Part shown: in pieces, positions 61,840 to 64,000 of the stretch
Layout: every line of letters starts with the position of its first letter
Numbering within the stretch: the stretch's first letter is position 1
DNA from: Bryobacteraceae bacterium
Lineage (GTDB): Bacteria; Acidobacteriota; Terriglobia; Bryobacterales; Bryobacteraceae
Direction: 5' to 3'
Length of the DNA stretch: 64,000 bases
NCBI GenBank assembly: GCA_041394945.1
Contig: JAWKHH010000005.1
Coordinates: 312,740 to 376,739, forward strand
Translations under genes and position numbers: made by a program
The notes under the pieces: model-generated
Database searches by the model: none
Told to the model about the DNA's origin: nothing
What the model saw: only the letters and a program-made list of their open reading frames with translations

Positions 61840-64000
61840 TCAGAATTCCAGCTTGAAAATAATCTGCTGGTACAGCCGCCCGCCCTGACCCGAAAAGCTC
61901 CCCTGGTTCCCATTGATCTTTCCGAAGTTCTGCGGGTTCCGGAAGTCCACCGTGCTGTTCGGCGGATTGAAGAAGTACCGCTTGAACGGGTTGTTCACGT
62001 CGTAGCGCAGCGTCCCTTTCAGCCGCTCGAGGAATACGAAGGTCTTCGAGATGCTCAACTGGTGCCAGAACATCCCCGGACCGGTGACGATGTTGCGGCC
62101 GGAGTTGCCCGCCGTGAACGAAGCCGGGTAGGCGAAGGCGCTGATATCAGCCCACGGAAGGGCGCAGGCAACCTGGTGCCGGCAGGGGCCGTGCGCGTCC
62201 CACGGGATCTTGATGTCGTCGTAGGTCTTGCCCGGAGCCATGTTGGCGCGCGCCGCGCCGGGCAGGAAGACGTTGCTCGCGCCGGTGAAGCCGAAGGTAA
62301 GCGGTACGCCGTTCTCGAGCGTCTGGATGGCGTTGAGTTCCCAGTTGCCGAGCACGCCGTTCACGAACCAGTTCGCATCGGTCATCCACCTCTTGCCCTT
62401 GCCGAACGGCAGCTCCCACAGCCCGTAGGTTACCCAGCGATGCCGCACGTCGTAGCTCGAACGCGCTTTCTCGAGCCGCCGGTTGTAGAAAGTGATGCCC
62501 GTCCCGGTGCCGTCGTCGGAAGCCTCGTCGATCGCCTTGGCGAACGTGTAGAACGACGCCAGCGAGAACCCGCTCGACATCCGCTTCTCCACCTTCACCG
62601 TCCCTGAATGGAACGAGGAATGGCCATAGTTGGAGTAGTGGAGAATCGAGCCGAAATGCGGGAAGGGCTTGTAGTTCTGCACGTTCCGGCGGATGGTGTC
62701 GAGCGTCGTGAAATCGCTTGCGACATTCAGCGGAACGGCGTTGATGTCCCACCGGTTCAGCAGTCCCACGCCGGCCGACCCCTGGTAGTTGAGGTCGAGG
62801 AGCATGTTGCTCCGCAGTTCATACTGGAATCCGCCGTTCCAGTTCATCGTGTACGGCATCCGCATGTTCGGGTCGTACCAGGAAACACTGCGGCCGGAGT
62901 AGTTCGTGCCGACGAACGGAGCCGATCCATCCGCCGCGGTGTTGAACCGCACCGCTCCCGGCCCGTTGCGGAGGTAGAACGCTACGTCCGGATTGCCCAC
63001 CGGCGGCTGGACGGTCGCGGTCGCGAAGTACTCTTCGAAGTTCTCGTTCAGGCCGTTGGTCCACAGGTCGAGCGTATTCACGGCGAAACCGCCCCGGAAC
63101 ACGAGCCTCGGGTTAATCGTGTAAGCCATGCCGATGCGCGGCTGCCAGTTGTTGAGGTCGCGCTTCGAAAGCAGCCCCTTCGGATGCGTGAGCGCGCCCT
63201 GGCGGCCGGTGAGCGCGTCGACCGCGGTGGGGTCGAACTGGCTCTGCTGTCCCCACTTGGTTGAAAACGGCGACTCGTACTGCCACCGAAGCCCCAGGTT
63301 CAGCGTCAGTTTCGGCGTGACCTTCCAGTCGTCCTGGAAGTAAGCCGCGTGTCCCCACCAACGCGGCAGCCAAGTCGCCAGGTCGCGCGTGAAATCGGAC
63401 CGGGTGACGCCGCCCAGCATCAACGAGGCAAACGCATTGCCCGTGTTCGGCGTGAAGGGTTGTTCGGTGCCGCCCATGCGGTAGACGCCCGACGGCTCCG
63501 ACGCGACCCGGACATTGTGCCGCGTCCGCATCAGCTCGTAGCCGGCTTTCAGCGTGTGGCGCCCGCGCACGACGGTAAGGTTCTCCTGAATGCTGAAGTT
63601 CTCGGCGACCTCCTGCGAAGGCCCGCCGGGGAAGTTGAAGATCAGCATTCCGCCGCTGGCGTTGCGGAAGTTGGGCATGGTGTCCGCGCTCACGCCGGGG
63701 ATTCCCAACTGCTGCGCCCAGTTCGCGCCAGCGCTTTCCGGAACGCGGGTGAAGTTGCGGCGGTTGCCTCCGAACCGGATCTCGTTCACCATCGTCGGAG
63801 ACAACGTGAGGGTGTCGGAAACCACGAGCTGGTTCTGGTTGATCGGGATCGGCGTTACGTTGAAGTCGAAAATCGGATTCTGCACCGCCACCTGCCAGCG
63901 CCCGTTGAACGAGCGATGGCGAAAATACGATTCGCGTGCGAAGATCTTGTGCCGGTCCGAGAAGGAATGGTCGATCTTCCAGTCGAGCCCGGTGCGGTAG
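61840..64000 (-). CDS. TonB-dependent receptor (beta-barrel portion; N-terminus beyond the window end)
   Basis: ORF 61840..63891(-) is only the first in-window start codon. The same frame stays open upstream to position 64000 (...YRTGLDWKIDHSFSDRHKIFARESYFRHRSFNGRWQVAVQNP). It is colinear with the barrel of the receptor at 42069-45344. C-terminal IFKLEF. Confidence 0.7.
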   Translation of the reverse strand, partial: YRTGLDWKIDHSFSDRHKIFARESYFRHRSFNGRWQVAVQNPIFDFNVTPIPINQNQLVVSDTLTLSPTMVNEIRFGGNRRNFTRVPESAGANWAQQLGIPGVSADTMPNFRNASGGMLIFNFPGGPSQEVAENFSIQENLTVVRGRHTLKAGYELMRTRHNVRVASEPSGVYRMGGTEQPFTPNTGNAFASLMLGGVTRSDFTRDLATWLPRWWGHAAYFQDDWKVTPKLTLNLGLRWQYESPFSTKWGQQSQFDPTAVDALTGRQGALTHPKGLLSKRDLNNWQPRIGMAYTINPRLVFRGGFAVNTLDLWTNGLNENFEEYFATATVQPPVGNPDVAFYLRNGPGAVRFNTAADGSAPFVGTNYSGRSVSWYDPNMRMPYTMNWNGGFQYELRSNMLLDLNYQGSAGVGLLNRWDINAVPLNVASDFTTLDTIRRNVQNYKPFPHFGSILHYSNYGHSSFHSGTVKVEKRMSSGFSLASFYTFAKAIDEASDDGTGTGITFYNRRLEKARSSYDVRHRWVTYGLWELPFGKGKRWMTDANWFVNGVLGNWELNAIQTLENGVPLTFGFTGASNVFLPGAARANMAPGKTYDDIKIPWDAHGPCRHQVACALPWADISAFAYPASFTAGNSGRNIVTGPGMFWHQLSISKTFVFLERLKGTLRYDVNNPFKRYFFNPPNSTVDFRNPQNFGKINGNQGSFSGQGGRLYQQIIFKLEF

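Noticed and set aside
61840-63891. Apparent 683-aa TonB-dependent receptor starting at GTG 63891 without a plug or N-terminal domain
   Set aside because: It is not a truncated gene. The same frame stays open to position 64000, so the ORF track only reports the first in-window start codon. The gene continues beyond the window.

Overview
This 64-kb window is GC-rich and densely coding. It looks like chromosomal DNA from an Acidobacteria-like soil bacterium: it has PEP-CTERM proteins, TonB-dependent receptors with a carboxypeptidase-regulatory-like N-terminus, PSCyt/DUF1549-DUF1553 plus DUF1501 pairs, and many Tat-secreted proteins. Housekeeping genes are ribH-nusB, gltX, tyrS, mdh, pta, obg-rpmA-rplU, a methylmalonyl-CoA-mutase-family protein, an acyl-CoA synthetase with an enoyl-CoA hydratase, tRNA-Ser(TGA) and a tRNA-Val-like gene. 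Accessory content includes a vapBC toxin-antitoxin pair, a single-polypeptide AbrB-PIN fusion, a dcm-vsr methyltransferase/repair pair with an SPFH protein, a bacterial SET-domain protein, an HDAC-like deacetylase fused to pta, two tandem LRR proteins, two tandem PEP-CTERM paralogs, a NusG paralog, and two frameshifted pseudogenes (an amidohydrolase and a sulfatase). The most unusual locus is a tightly packed 7-gene minus-strand operon at 1-6461. It combines a Hanks-type Ser/Thr kinase, a PP2C phosphatase, three FHA-domain proteins (two carrying zinc ribbons, one fused to a trypsin-like protease) and a MotA/TolQ/ExbB-like proton channel with an enlarged ExbD/TolR-like partner. This looks like a phospho-regulated stator-like membrane system that is not a canonical Tol, Ton or flagellar module. 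No CRISPR array, rRNA, integrase or transposase was seen. Many long ORFs in the supplied track are antisense artefacts of the high GC content.
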